The position numbers were made by a program, and so were the translations under genes. Under the pieces are notes generated by a model, which saw only the letters and a list, made by a program, of their open reading frames with translations, was not told the DNA's origin and did no database searches. Positions 55,660-64,000 of a stretch of DNA of 64,000 nucleotides are shown in pieces; within the stretch, counting starts at the first letter, position 1, and the number at the start of each line of letters is the position of its first letter. Source of the DNA: an uncultured bacterium (lineage in GTDB: Bacteria; Patescibacteriota; Saccharimonadia; UBA4664); assembly GCA_963720265.1 (NCBI GenBank), contig CAVRET010000001.1:5916-69915 (forward strand), in the 5' to 3' direction.

Positions 55660-56801
55660 CGTTTAGCCCAGGCGTCGGCGAAGCGGCGGGTGATTTCGTA
55701 GAAATTGGAAAGGTCGGAAATTTCGATCCACTCCGGTGAGGTGTGATAGCCGCTACCGGAGATACCGACGTTGATAACCGGTACGTCTTTGAACGCAAAC
55801 CATCTGGCGTCAGCTGAGCCGTGTGAAAGGTATCGGGTAACAGTTTGGCCCGTCACTTCTTTTACAATTGCTTCGTATTGGTTGAGCACAGGATGCGATT
55901 TGGTCCGATACGGTAAAGCTTCTGTAATTATCTCGGCTGTAACGTGTGGCACCGCGGTGATGTCTGTGAACCAGCCTCGAATATCATCTAAACTAATTTC
56001 TTCTGGGAAGCGGACATCAATCTCGGCTGTGGCTGAGTTGGGAACCTGATTAATGGCCGTACCGCCGGTGATTCTCGCCAAGTTGATAGTGGCGTGGCGG
56101 TGGTGAGTATCGCCGCATGGTTCGGTTGGTACGTTTGAACGCAGGAGATTAACCGCGCGCATGAGCTCATCGATCGCGTTTATGCCTTGCCAGGGTCGGC
56201 TGCTGTGGGCGGCGCGGCCGGTGGCTGTGAGCGTCCAGCGTGAGATGCCTTTGCCGCCCATTTCGGCCTGCCAGGCCGTGCTGGTATCAGGTAATAATAC
56301 GGCTCCACCGCGGTAGCCACGGTTGTTAACAAGCCAACCGGCGCCGAGCTCGCCGCCCACTTCTTCGTCGGCTGTAATGAAGAGACCGAGATCATACTGA
56401 TCAAGAATTGGTGCTAACTCGTTAAGCAGCACAATGTAACTTGCGATGGAGTACTTCATGTCATGGGTGCCGCGGCCGTAGACGCGGCCGTCTTTCACTA
56501 CTGGAGTAAAGTCGTCAGGGCCGGAAGGCGCCACCACGTCCATGTGAGCGGCCAGCCAGAGGCTCGGCGACTTAGGATCTTTGGCCCCTGTTGTTGTGGC
56601 AATGAGCGCTGGTACGCCGTGATTCTCGAGTCGCTGAATCTGCAGCGGGAGACCACTAAGCTGCTGCTCAAGCCAGTCAAGGGCGGCGCTGTTGGTGGCA
56701 TTATCGCCGGTAACGGTGGGGAAGCGGACGAGGTGTATGAGTGTATCGGTGAGTGTATCAACGACGGTTTTGGTGGGCATAACAGCTTCCAAATTTATCA
56801 A
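55656..56801 (-). CDS. M20-family metallopeptidase (ArgE/DapE-like)
   Basis: HMDVV (metal-binding His-x-Asp), TADEEVGG, GTHDMK. 381 aa. Confidence 0.8.
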   Translation of the reverse strand: MINLEAVMPTKTVVDTLTDTLIHLVRFPTVTGDNATNSAALDWLEQQLSGLPLQIQRLENHGVPALIATTTGAKDPKSPSLWLAAHMDVVAPSGPDDFTPVVKDGRVYGRGTHDMKYSIASYIVLLNELAPILDQYDLGLFITADEEVGGELGAGWLVNNRGYRGGAVLLPDTSTAWQAEMGGKGISRWTLTATGRAAHSSRPWQGINAIDELMRAVNLLRSNVPTEPCGDTHHRHATINLARITGGTAINQVPNSATAEIDVRFPEEISLDDIRGWFTDITAVPHVTAEIITEALPYRTKSHPVLNQYEAIVKEVTGQTVTRYLSHGSADARWFAFKDVPVINVGISGSGYHTSPEWIEISDLSNFYEITRRFADAWAKR

Positions 56802-56894
56802 ATATACGGATATTAGTCTAGGTGCTTTACCTAAATCAGAGTTTTGGTGGTTGCCTTGGGTTTAGTATTTTGCACGGTCGTTCGCATATGAGCG

Positions 56895-58016
56895 TTAGCG
56901 GGACGGGGCCACCGCAATCTGGACGAAATCTGTGAGAACTTGGTGAAATCGTGTGAGTTCGGGCAAACTGATGAACTCGTCTTCGCTATGCAACCCGCCG
57001 CCGTCGGGCCGAATAACGATTACGGGTATGCCGATGGCAGTAAAGAATCGGGCGTCGGATGAGCCGTAGGTCACATCAAAATCGTATTTGACGCCGTGCT
57101 TTTTTAAAGCGGTAAGGTATGACTGGAAGTAAGGGTTGTCTTTATCGACATGATAGCCGGAACCTTCAGCTACGGTTTTAAGTAATATGTAGGGGTGCTT
57201 TTTTACTAACGTATTAATTTGGTTCTTGATCTTGGGCCCATCTTCCACGAGATAGCGTACATCAATACCGGCGGTGGCGTGGTCGGGAATCTGGTTTATA
57301 GCCTTGCCGGCATTGAACGTGCCGACGTTCATAGAGTTATGGAAGTGGTAAGGCACATTACAGGGCTCGGTGGGGAAGAGCTGAGACAGCTCGTTAATAA
57401 AAGCCATGAGCGCAAGGACGGCATTGTTACCCAACCAGGGTCGAGAGCCGTGGTGTGATGATCCTTTGGCCGTGAGCTCGAAATGCCAGATGCCGCGTGA
57501 GGCTGATACAAAGTGCCAGTTGTTGCCCCCGTCCGGCAAGAGAACCACATCCGACGTGTAACCTTGGTCAATGAGAGCTTTAACACCATGCTCGCCGCCG
57601 ACTTCCTCGTCGGTAGTAACCATGAGGCCAAGATCATAGTTTTTCAGCTTCGGGCCCAGTTTTTGCAAAAGTAGAATATATGAAGCAATAGCGAACTTCA
57701 TATCGAATGCGCCGCGGCCGTGCACTAGGCCGTTCTCAATTTTTGCAGTGAAGGCTTGCTCGGAGGCCGGGACGACATCTAAGTGTGCTTGCAGCCAGAG
57801 CTTGGGTTGCTTAGTTGACTTGGTGGTGGCAATAAGCGCCGGGAAACCGCCGAATTCGAGCAATTGAACATGTAGCGGCAGACCGATCAGTTGATACCCT
57901 ATCCACTCAAGGGCTTCGCGGTTGGCGGTATGGTCGCGGCTGAGTGTCCGGAAGCTGATGAGTTTGGTGAGTAGGTCTTCAATATGATCTTGGATTTGAT
58001 TAGTCATGGTTTCCAC
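56895..58016 (-). CDS. M20-family metallopeptidase, tandem paralog
   Basis: HLDVV, TTDEEVGGEHG, GAFDMK. 373 aa. Architecture colinear with 55656..56801. Confidence 0.8.
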   Translation of the reverse strand: METMTNQIQDHIEDLLTKLISFRTLSRDHTANREALEWIGYQLIGLPLHVQLLEFGGFPALIATTKSTKQPKLWLQAHLDVVPASEQAFTAKIENGLVHGRGAFDMKFAIASYILLLQKLGPKLKNYDLGLMVTTDEEVGGEHGVKALIDQGYTSDVVLLPDGGNNWHFVSASRGIWHFELTAKGSSHHGSRPWLGNNAVLALMAFINELSQLFPTEPCNVPYHFHNSMNVGTFNAGKAINQIPDHATAGIDVRYLVEDGPKIKNQINTLVKKHPYILLKTVAEGSGYHVDKDNPYFQSYLTALKKHGVKYDFDVTYGSSDARFFTAIGIPVIVIRPDGGGLHSEDEFISLPELTRFHQVLTDFVQIAVAPSR

Positions 58017-58053
58017 AGTTAAGCGTATTTATGATTTGTTTGACCGGACGAAG

Positions 58054-58088
58054 CGACAGGGAGAGAGGGTCGCCCTCTCTCCCTGTCG
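58054..58088. repeat. 35-bp perfect palindrome (16-bp arms, 3-nt centre)
   Basis: CGACAGGGAGAGAGGG-tcg-CCCTCTCTCCCTGTCG lies between the stop of the minus gene 58120..59205 and the start of the M20 gene. Confidence 0.6.
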
Positions 58089-58119
58089 GCTACACGCCAT
58101 CCCCGCCGATGTGTGCGGG

Positions 58120-59205
58120 CTATACCGGGATCGCCGGACCGAAGACGGTGTCTTGGGCACCGTGTACGAGTGCGTTCCGACGCAGGTTCCAGACGCCGCC
58201 GAGACAATGCCAGCCGGTGTGCCGATGCACGCCTCGGCCGAAGAACGCGCGAATTGTCAGATTCGCGTCGTGTACCCGGATTGGCGGCCACCATGGCTGC
58301 AGAAACATGCCACCGCTAAGGCGAACTTGTTTGGCGAATTCGCGCTCCAGCCGCGACCGCGTCACCATGCCGGGCTGGCTGTCCGCATTACGAGGTGGTG
58401 CTATCAGAATTCCCCGGGCCTTGCTGCCCTGAAGGGGTTTGAGTACCACGATCTCGCCGCCCCTGCCGGGGACGGGGAGCTCATCCAGGCTGGACACTTG
58501 AGTCCACCAGCCCAGTTTCTCGCCGTAGGACTTGTTGCCCTTGGTTGTGAGGCTTGAAACGCTGCGGGAGGCCAGCGGGTGATACTCGGACTGCTCCGGT
58601 TCCGCCCGCACGATGAGGTACGAACCGTCGTTCGGGACGCCGGTGCCGACGGTAAGCCGGTCGGTGCCGACCCAAAGCTGGTCGTCGTAACCGCGTCGGT
58701 CCGGCGCCACCACGACACGCATGTCCGGCCAGGCGGACCGGAGGTGCCCGAAGGCAGCAGCGAACTTGGGGTTGAACTGGGCCGTTAGCCCGAGTCCAGC
58801 TGGACGCTCCTCGAATTCGAACAGGCCAACCTCGCCGTCCAGAACCGGGAAATGTCCGTTGTGGCTTGAGGGGAGCGTAAGCTGAGCGCCGTTCTCGCCG
58901 ACAATGGTGAAGTCTAGACGGCAAATGATCGTCGGCGCTTCGCCGCCGGTGAGCTCCCAGGCCGCGGTGGGCTCGGGAGCGAACGCCGCATTTGCCTGCG
59001 ACAAGAGGTTCAGGCCCTGGGCGACGACCGACGGGCTGAGGCCGAACACCGTATCGGATACGGCGGTCTGCCAACCGAGGGTTTGTATCGTTCGGGTAGT
59101 GAGCATTGTCTTGGCGCCTCTCCAAAGCATAGACTGATTCCGCTGTGTATTGGGATGTACGTGTGCGAGAGCGATGGATACCCGCTCTATGAGTTTTCCA
59201 GGCAA
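58120..59205 (-). CDS. Hypothetical protein in a GC-rich island (possible ATP-grasp-like region)
   Basis: 361-aa ORF with about 65% GC. GEIVVLKPLQGSKARGILIAPP is reminiscent of the ATP-grasp KP.GS.G.GV motif, but the similarity is not convincing. Confidence 0.4.
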   Translation of the reverse strand: MPGKLIERVSIALAHVHPNTQRNQSMLWRGAKTMLTTRTIQTLGWQTAVSDTVFGLSPSVVAQGLNLLSQANAAFAPEPTAAWELTGGEAPTIICRLDFTIVGENGAQLTLPSSHNGHFPVLDGEVGLFEFEERPAGLGLTAQFNPKFAAAFGHLRSAWPDMRVVVAPDRRGYDDQLWVGTDRLTVGTGVPNDGSYLIVRAEPEQSEYHPLASRSVSSLTTKGNKSYGEKLGWWTQVSSLDELPVPGRGGEIVVLKPLQGSKARGILIAPPRNADSQPGMVTRSRLEREFAKQVRLSGGMFLQPWWPPIRVHDANLTIRAFFGRGVHRHTGWHCLGGVWNLRRNALVHGAQDTVFGPAIPV

Positions 59206-59539
59206 CCTAATAATGGTTTGATCCTGGGGTCTGCCCCGGCATTGTGGCCGAGGCAGACCCCGTGTTCAAAACAAAAAGCCCGCTCCTGGAGAGCGGTGCT
59301 CTGGGGCGGGTTAGTCTTGGTTTAGACGCCCTGGCCAGTCACCGCCGGCTCCAGAAACAGGACCATAATCAGCCAGATGCGGGTCTGGCTCATAATCTCC
59401 TGGAAGCGGGTAACGGTGCTGGACATGGTCCGAGCCTAGCATGATGGCTCGCGACGTGTCAAATTTTGGCTACTGGATAGATAAAAGCGTTGGTGGCCGC
59501 CAGCGGATCGAGCAGATGCTCGCCGCCGGCGGCCGGGGC

Positions 59540-59992
59540 TTACCCGACGGTGTTGCCAGCCGGGTATCCTGGTGGGTACCCCGTAGAAGTTACCTTCAGC
59601 GGATAGCAGTACCCGTTAGTCGCCTTGATGCACGGGGGATTGTTGACAACTGTGCTGCCCGAGGTCTGGAAGAACCCGAGATAAAGCGTTGCCACCCCGA
59701 GGAGTACGGCTGCGGCGAACAGGATCGGGCCGAGCGGCCGTATGTGCCAAGTGGCCGCAAACGCGATCGCTCCCAGCACGTCAACGACGGCTGCGACTCC
59801 AAACAACCCTCCGCCGTGCCCATGTGGCCAGTCCTCGCTCTTCTGGAGCTTCGCGAACACGATGGTTGCGATGGCACAGATGGCGAGGACCAGCACGGTC
59901 AGCACGATGCTCCGGGCGATAGGGGGCCGCGCCGGGCGGCGCCGGGCGACGTGTCCTCGGGTAGTGGCCATGATGACCTCCAGGGTCGGCAA
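59540..59992 (-). CDS. Small membrane protein (3 TM), hypothetical
   Basis: Hydrophobic helices (SIVLTVLVLAICAIATIVFA, LFGVAAVVDVLGAIAFAATW, ILFAAAVLLGVATLYLGFF). Preferred over the antisense ORF 59441..60034, whose product is Arg/Gly/Asp-rich junk. Confidence 0.45.
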   Translation of the reverse strand: MPTLEVIMATTRGHVARRRPARPPIARSIVLTVLVLAICAIATIVFAKLQKSEDWPHGHGGGLFGVAAVVDVLGAIAFAATWHIRPLGPILFAAAVLLGVATLYLGFFQTSGSTVVNNPPCIKATNGYCYPLKVTSTGYPPGYPAGNTVG

Positions 59993-60110
59993 TTTTTAGG
60001 TTCGATTAGGCGTCTTTATTTGATACAACTGTAGCATAAAAATGTCAATTTGTCAATTTGCGGGTGGCCAGATGGCGCTGCTACACTGGAGAGAATGAAA
60101 GTGCGCCCTC

Positions 60111-61163
60111 ATGATTAACCGACTGCTCGGCCTGGTGAGCCATGATATTGGTATTGATCTGGGGACAGCTAATACGCTCGTGTACGTGCGGGGCAAGGGG
60201 ATTGTGATTAACGAGCCCTCAGTGGTAGCGATAAACACGCGTACTAAGCAAGTGCTGGCGATCGGCGATGACGCCAAGAAGATGGTGGGCAAGACGCCGG
60301 CCAGCATTGTGGCCACGCGGCCGTTGGTGGACGGGGTGGTGAGCGACTTTGAAGTGACCGAGCAGATGCTGAAGTACTTTATCAACAAGGTTCACCGTGA
60401 GACATACTCCGTGTTGCCGCGGCCGCGGGTGGTGGTGGGAATCCCAAGCGGTGTGACCGAGGTGGAGAAGCGGGCAGTGGAAGATGCGGCCACCAATGCG
60501 GGCGCCAGGCAGACATTTTTGATTGAAGAACCGATGGCAGCAGCGATTGGCTCGCGACTGCCCATTCAGGATGCGGCCGGATCGATGATTGTGGACATCG
60601 GCGGCGGCACGACCGAGGTGGCGATTATTAGCCTGGGCGGGATTGTGGCGTCGCGCAGTTTGCGGATCGCAGGCGATGAGTTGAGTGACGACATTATTCA
60701 ATACGCACGCGAGCAGTTTAGCTTGCAAATCGGCGAGCGGACGGCTGAGAACATTAAGATCGCGATTGGCTCAACGTCGTCCATTAGCGGGCTCAAAGAC
60801 GTGCCGATGCGTGGGCGCGACTTGGTGACCGGGCTGCCTAAAGAGCTGATGGTGACGCCGGAGCAGGTGCGGCAAGCGTTGGCCAAGAGTGTGCGCGAGA
60901 TCGTGGAAGCTGTGAAGATTACGATTGAGGAAACGCCGCCGGAATTGGTGGCCGACATTATGGAACGGGGGATTTATTTGGCCGGTGGCGGCGCTCTACT
61001 CAAGGGTCTTGATACTACGCTGGCACGCGAAACCAAGATGCCGGTACATGTCAGCGAAGACCCGCTGACAGCGGTGGCGCGCGGAACTGGGCTGGTACTC
61101 GAAGACATCGATGCACTTAAAGACGTGCTGGTGCCAACGCAATATGGGAAGATTCCGAAATAG
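60111..61163 (+). CDS. mreB: Rod-shape-determining protein MreB
   Basis: DIGIDLGTANTLVYV…, VVGIPSGVTEVEKRAV and DIGGGTTEVAIIS are the actin-fold MreB motifs. Confidence 0.9.
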   Translation: MINRLLGLVSHDIGIDLGTANTLVYVRGKGIVINEPSVVAINTRTKQVLAIGDDAKKMVGKTPASIVATRPLVDGVVSDFEVTEQMLKYFINKVHRETYSVLPRPRVVVGIPSGVTEVEKRAVEDAATNAGARQTFLIEEPMAAAIGSRLPIQDAAGSMIVDIGGGTTEVAIISLGGIVASRSLRIAGDELSDDIIQYAREQFSLQIGERTAENIKIAIGSTSSISGLKDVPMRGRDLVTGLPKELMVTPEQVRQALAKSVREIVEAVKITIEETPPELVADIMERGIYLAGGGALLKGLDTTLARETKMPVHVSEDPLTAVARGTGLVLEDIDALKDVLVPTQYGKIPK

Positions 61164-61206
61164 TCCCGCGTCCTGCTAGACTAGAAGGGATGAGTGAGCT
61201 CGAGTC

Positions 61207-62010
61207 ATGAGACGTTCCCAGGCGAATCAGCGGGTGCTGGTGATGGTTGGCACCGGGGCAGCGCTGGTTGTGCTCGGAGTGATTGGGGCGCTCGGGCCGC
61301 TGCGGTTTGTGTACGATCACACGGCGTTACCGGCGGCAGGTTGGTTGAGCGGTCTGGGTGAGGGGGCCGGCGGTTTTTTTAGCGATCTCACCCAGGTGCG
61401 TAATTTGGCCAAGCAAAATTCCCAGCTGGAGCAGCAAAACGCCGCGTTGCGCCAACAGCTGGCGGCCGATGACCAGACCCGGCAGGATAATGATGCGCTG
61501 CGCAAGCAATTGGGCCTGGATGTGGCCGGTGCGCCACCGGAAGTGGCGGCTGAGGTCGTAGCGTTGCAGCCGGATTCATACCGGCAGTTTGTAACGATTA
61601 ATCGCGGCAGTAAGCAAGGCATAAAGTCCGGCATGGCCGTGATGAGCCAGGGTGTACTAATGGGCACGGTGGCGGATGCGTCGCCGGATACGGCCAAAGT
61701 TATGCTCGTGACTGATCCAGAATTTAAGCTAACGGCCGAGGATCAGGGAACGAGCGCGCAGGGGTTGATTGCGGGGCAACTGGGTGGAGGCTTGGCACTG
61801 CAGGATATTGCTCAAACCGATACCGTGAAGCCGGGGGATACAGTGACAACCTCGGGACTCGGCGGTATTGTGCCGGCCGGGCTGTTGATTGGGCAGGTTG
61901 AATCGGTCAACACGCGCTCAAATGCAGTGTTCCAATCGGCGGCGGTTGAGACAAGTCTGGACGCAAGCAGTCTGCGATTTGCGTTTGTGGTGCTGGGGCC
62001 GGGCCAATGA
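61207..62010 (+). CDS. mreC: Rod-shape-determining protein MreC
   Basis: N-terminal TM, a coiled-coil (LEQQNAALRQQL), and a beta-rich C-terminus (GMAVMSQGVLMGTVADASPDTAKVMLVTDP). Sits between mreB and mreD. Confidence 0.8.
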   Translation: MRRSQANQRVLVMVGTGAALVVLGVIGALGPLRFVYDHTALPAAGWLSGLGEGAGGFFSDLTQVRNLAKQNSQLEQQNAALRQQLAADDQTRQDNDALRKQLGLDVAGAPPEVAAEVVALQPDSYRQFVTINRGSKQGIKSGMAVMSQGVLMGTVADASPDTAKVMLVTDPEFKLTAEDQGTSAQGLIAGQLGGGLALQDIAQTDTVKPGDTVTTSGLGGIVPAGLLIGQVESVNTRSNAVFQSAAVETSLDASSLRFAFVVLGPGQ

Positions 62011-62522
62011 TACGCGGCGGGCGCGTGCGGCGGACCGCCTTAGTGGCCGTGGTGGGACTATGTTTGTTTATGCAACTAAGTTTCCTGCCTGCGTTGCGGC
62101 CGTTTGGTGTGGTGCCAAACATTGTGCTCGTGCTGGTAGTGTTGTTGGGACTGGAGGCCACGGCCAGTACCGCGCTGGTGGTGGCTGTAGTGAGCGGGTT
62201 GGTGCTTGATGTGGGCAGTGGTGCTAATTTCGGGTTGTGGACAGCGGTGCTTGTACTGGCGGCGCTGACCGGAGGGCTGGCGGCCAGGGCCGGCGTGGAG
62301 CTTGTGGGCGGCTTGGTGGCAGCAGCTATGGTGATGATCGGTACCATCCTGATGGCAGTGGTCATTTTGGTGGGCGTGGCTGGGGCGGTAACCCACTGGC
62401 CTTGGGCGGCGCTCATGATCGGGCTGGCCGCACAGATAGTGCTAAACTTAATCCTAACAGCAGCCGGGCGTCCGGTGGTGCGGTGGCTCGTGCCGTTAGC
62501 GCCTGAGACTGTTGGGCTGTAG
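62007..62522 (+). CDS. mreD: Rod-shape-determining protein MreD
   Basis: Small polytopic membrane protein. Its ATG overlaps the mreC stop (ATGA). Position in the mreBCD-mrdA cluster. Confidence 0.7.
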   Translation: MIRGGRVRRTALVAVVGLCLFMQLSFLPALRPFGVVPNIVLVLVVLLGLEATASTALVVAVVSGLVLDVGSGANFGLWTAVLVLAALTGGLAARAGVELVGGLVAAAMVMIGTILMAVVILVGVAGAVTHWPWAALMIGLAAQIVLNLILTAAGRPVVRWLVPLAPETVGL

Positions 62523-62530
62523 GGGGCCGA

Positions 62531-64000
62531 TGCGTTCAATTTTTGGGTATTTGGAAGGGGAGCAGGCGCGGGGCAGCGGCAAGCTGAGCCGTACCGGAGA
62601 TGCCAGCGAGCAGTGGGCTGAGGCGGTTTTGCCGGCTGATGCCGAAGCCGAAGTGCCGGAGGGCGAGACGAGCCGCCGCCCCATGGTAGTGCTGGGTCTG
62701 GTGAGCATCATTGTGTTGGGCGTGCTGGTGGCGCGCTTATTCGGTCTGCAGGTGTTGGCTGGGTCGTATAATTTGGCCTTGGCAAACGGCAACCGGGTAC
62801 GCGAACAGGTTGAGCGGGCGCCACGCGGAATGATAGTTGACCGTAACGGCCAGGTGCTGGCGAGTAATGTGGCGAGTTATGACGTGACGGTCGTGCCGGA
62901 GCTCCTGCCCGCCACGCGGACTGAGCGGACGGCCGAATACGCGCGAGTGGGCTCACTTATTGGCATGAATGCTCAGGCGGTGCAGGCAAAGGCCGAAGTG
63001 ACGTGCAAGACTCACGAGCCGGATTGTCTGGGCAGCGCTGTGCCGCAACTGGTGGCTTCGGACGTTACTCACGATCAGGCGCTGCTGGTTGATCAGGACG
63101 CTGACAGCCTGCCTGGATTCACCCTGGACGTAAACCCGGTGCGGCAATACTCAGACGGGGGACTGTTATCCGTTATTTTGGGCTACACTGGCCGGGTCGA
63201 CGCGCAGGACATCGCGCAGCATCCAGATTACGGGCCAACGGATTTGATCGGCAAGCTCGGCTTGGAAAAGGAATACGAAAGTGTACTGAGAGGTACCAAC
63301 GGCGGTACCGAGACCGAGGTGGACGCTTCGGGTAGACCGATTCGGGTCTTGGCAAGCCAAAACCCGGTACCCGGTGATAACTTGGTATTGTCAATCGATC
63401 AGAATCTGGAGCAGCACATGGTGACCGCAATCCAGGAGCAAATGCAGGCTTCGGGCTCGATCCGGGCGGCCGGCGTGGCGGTGGATCCTAGAAACGGCCA
63501 GGTGCTAGCCATTGCTTCGCTGCCGAGCTATGACAACAATTTGTTTAGCCGTGGCATCTCGCAGGCAGCATACAACCAGCTCTTGAGTAACCCCGGCCAG
63601 CCGCTGTTCGACAAGGCGGTGGATGGTGGGTATCCGAGCGGTTCGATTATTAAGCCGATTGGTGCAACGGCGGCGTTGCAAGAGGGCATTATTACGCCAG
63701 AAACGATCATCGACGACACTGGCAAGATCATTGTGCCCAATAAGTACGACCCGTCGAACCCGGCTGTTTATCTCGGCTGGGAACGTACGACCGGACTTGG
63801 GCCCGTGAATGTACTGCAGGCGCTGGCCCAAAGCTCGGACATTTTCTTTTACGAGGTGATGGGCGGGTTTACGACGTTTACGCACTATTTGGGCGTAACT
63901 CAGCTGACGGATTGGTATAAGAAATTTGGCCTGGGCGCACAGACCGGGATCGATTTGCCGGATGAAGCTACCGGCAGGGTGCCGACGCCGGCCTGGAAGC
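62531..64000 (+). CDS. mrdA: Penicillin-binding protein 2 (transpeptidase), 3'-truncated by the window edge
   Basis: ATG at about 62531. N-terminal TM (VVLGLVSIIVLGVLVARLF). PBP dimer-domain blocks and an SIIKP (SxxK) active-site motif near 63,640. The frame stays open to the end of the window. Confidence 0.8.

Noticed and set aside
59441-60034. 197-aa plus-strand ORF
   Set aside because: Its product is Arg/Gly/Asp-rich junk. The overlapping minus-strand ORF 59540..59992 encodes a coherent three-TM membrane protein.

Overview
This 64 kb window looks like part of a small-genome, probably monoderm (Gram-positive-like; Saccharibacteria/CPR-like is only a guess) bacterium with about 57% GC. It has two parts.

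Positions 1-34,100 are an accessory cell-surface region. It holds two paralogous loci, A (1-6,030) and B (25,250-34,140), with the same architecture. Each has tandem genes for Sec-secreted Thr/Ser/Gly/Asn-rich proteins that all end in a conserved C-terminal strand, Y-x-x-T-G/A-T-F (eight paralogs in total). These are followed by genes for proteins with an N-terminal signal peptide and a single C-terminal transmembrane helix with a basic tail, preceded by a conserved [FW]W[VY][IV]PxW motif. I read this pairing as a divergent WxL/Csc-like (WxL-domain protein plus DUF916/DUF3324-type anchored protein) cell-surface complex system. It is the best candidate in the window for a previously undescribed system.

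Between the two loci lie three giant surface-protein ORFs. Two of them (1541 aa and 2376 aa) are almost certainly one ~3670-aa gene interrupted by a +1 frameshift near position 11,106. That gene contains a ~1.65 kb tandem duplication carrying a CBM4/9-like beta-sandwich module. The third giant ORF (1769 aa) carries about 18 Kelch-type repeats.

A mobile-DNA patch follows at 22,930-27,250. It includes a small coiled-coil ORF, a replication-relaxation-family winged-helix gene with no canonical start codon, and an 896-bp IS5-family element with perfect 18-bp terminal inverted repeats. The IS transposase is interrupted by a single in-frame TAG.

Positions 34,150-64,000 are mostly housekeeping: parAB, lepB, an LCP-family protein, htrA, prmC, a TrmH-family methyltransferase, prfA, rpmE, rpoD, gmk, rpsB, tsf, frr, uppS, rseP, a CPBP protease, a CsaA-like protein, proS, two M20 peptidases, mreBCD and a partial mrdA. 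Notable features in this half:
- a candidate proline T-box-like leader upstream of the proS operon;
- a tRNA-like T-arm/acceptor/CCA element that will not fold into a canonical tRNA;
- a pilin-like protein with a non-prepilin leader;
- a standalone ParB/Srx-like nuclease-domain gene pair;
- a GC-rich (~65%) island with a 35-bp perfect palindrome.

No CRISPR array or rRNA gene was seen.

All functional calls come from reading motifs in the provided translations; no database search was run. My manual coordinate indexing of non-ORF features may be off by 1-2 nt.
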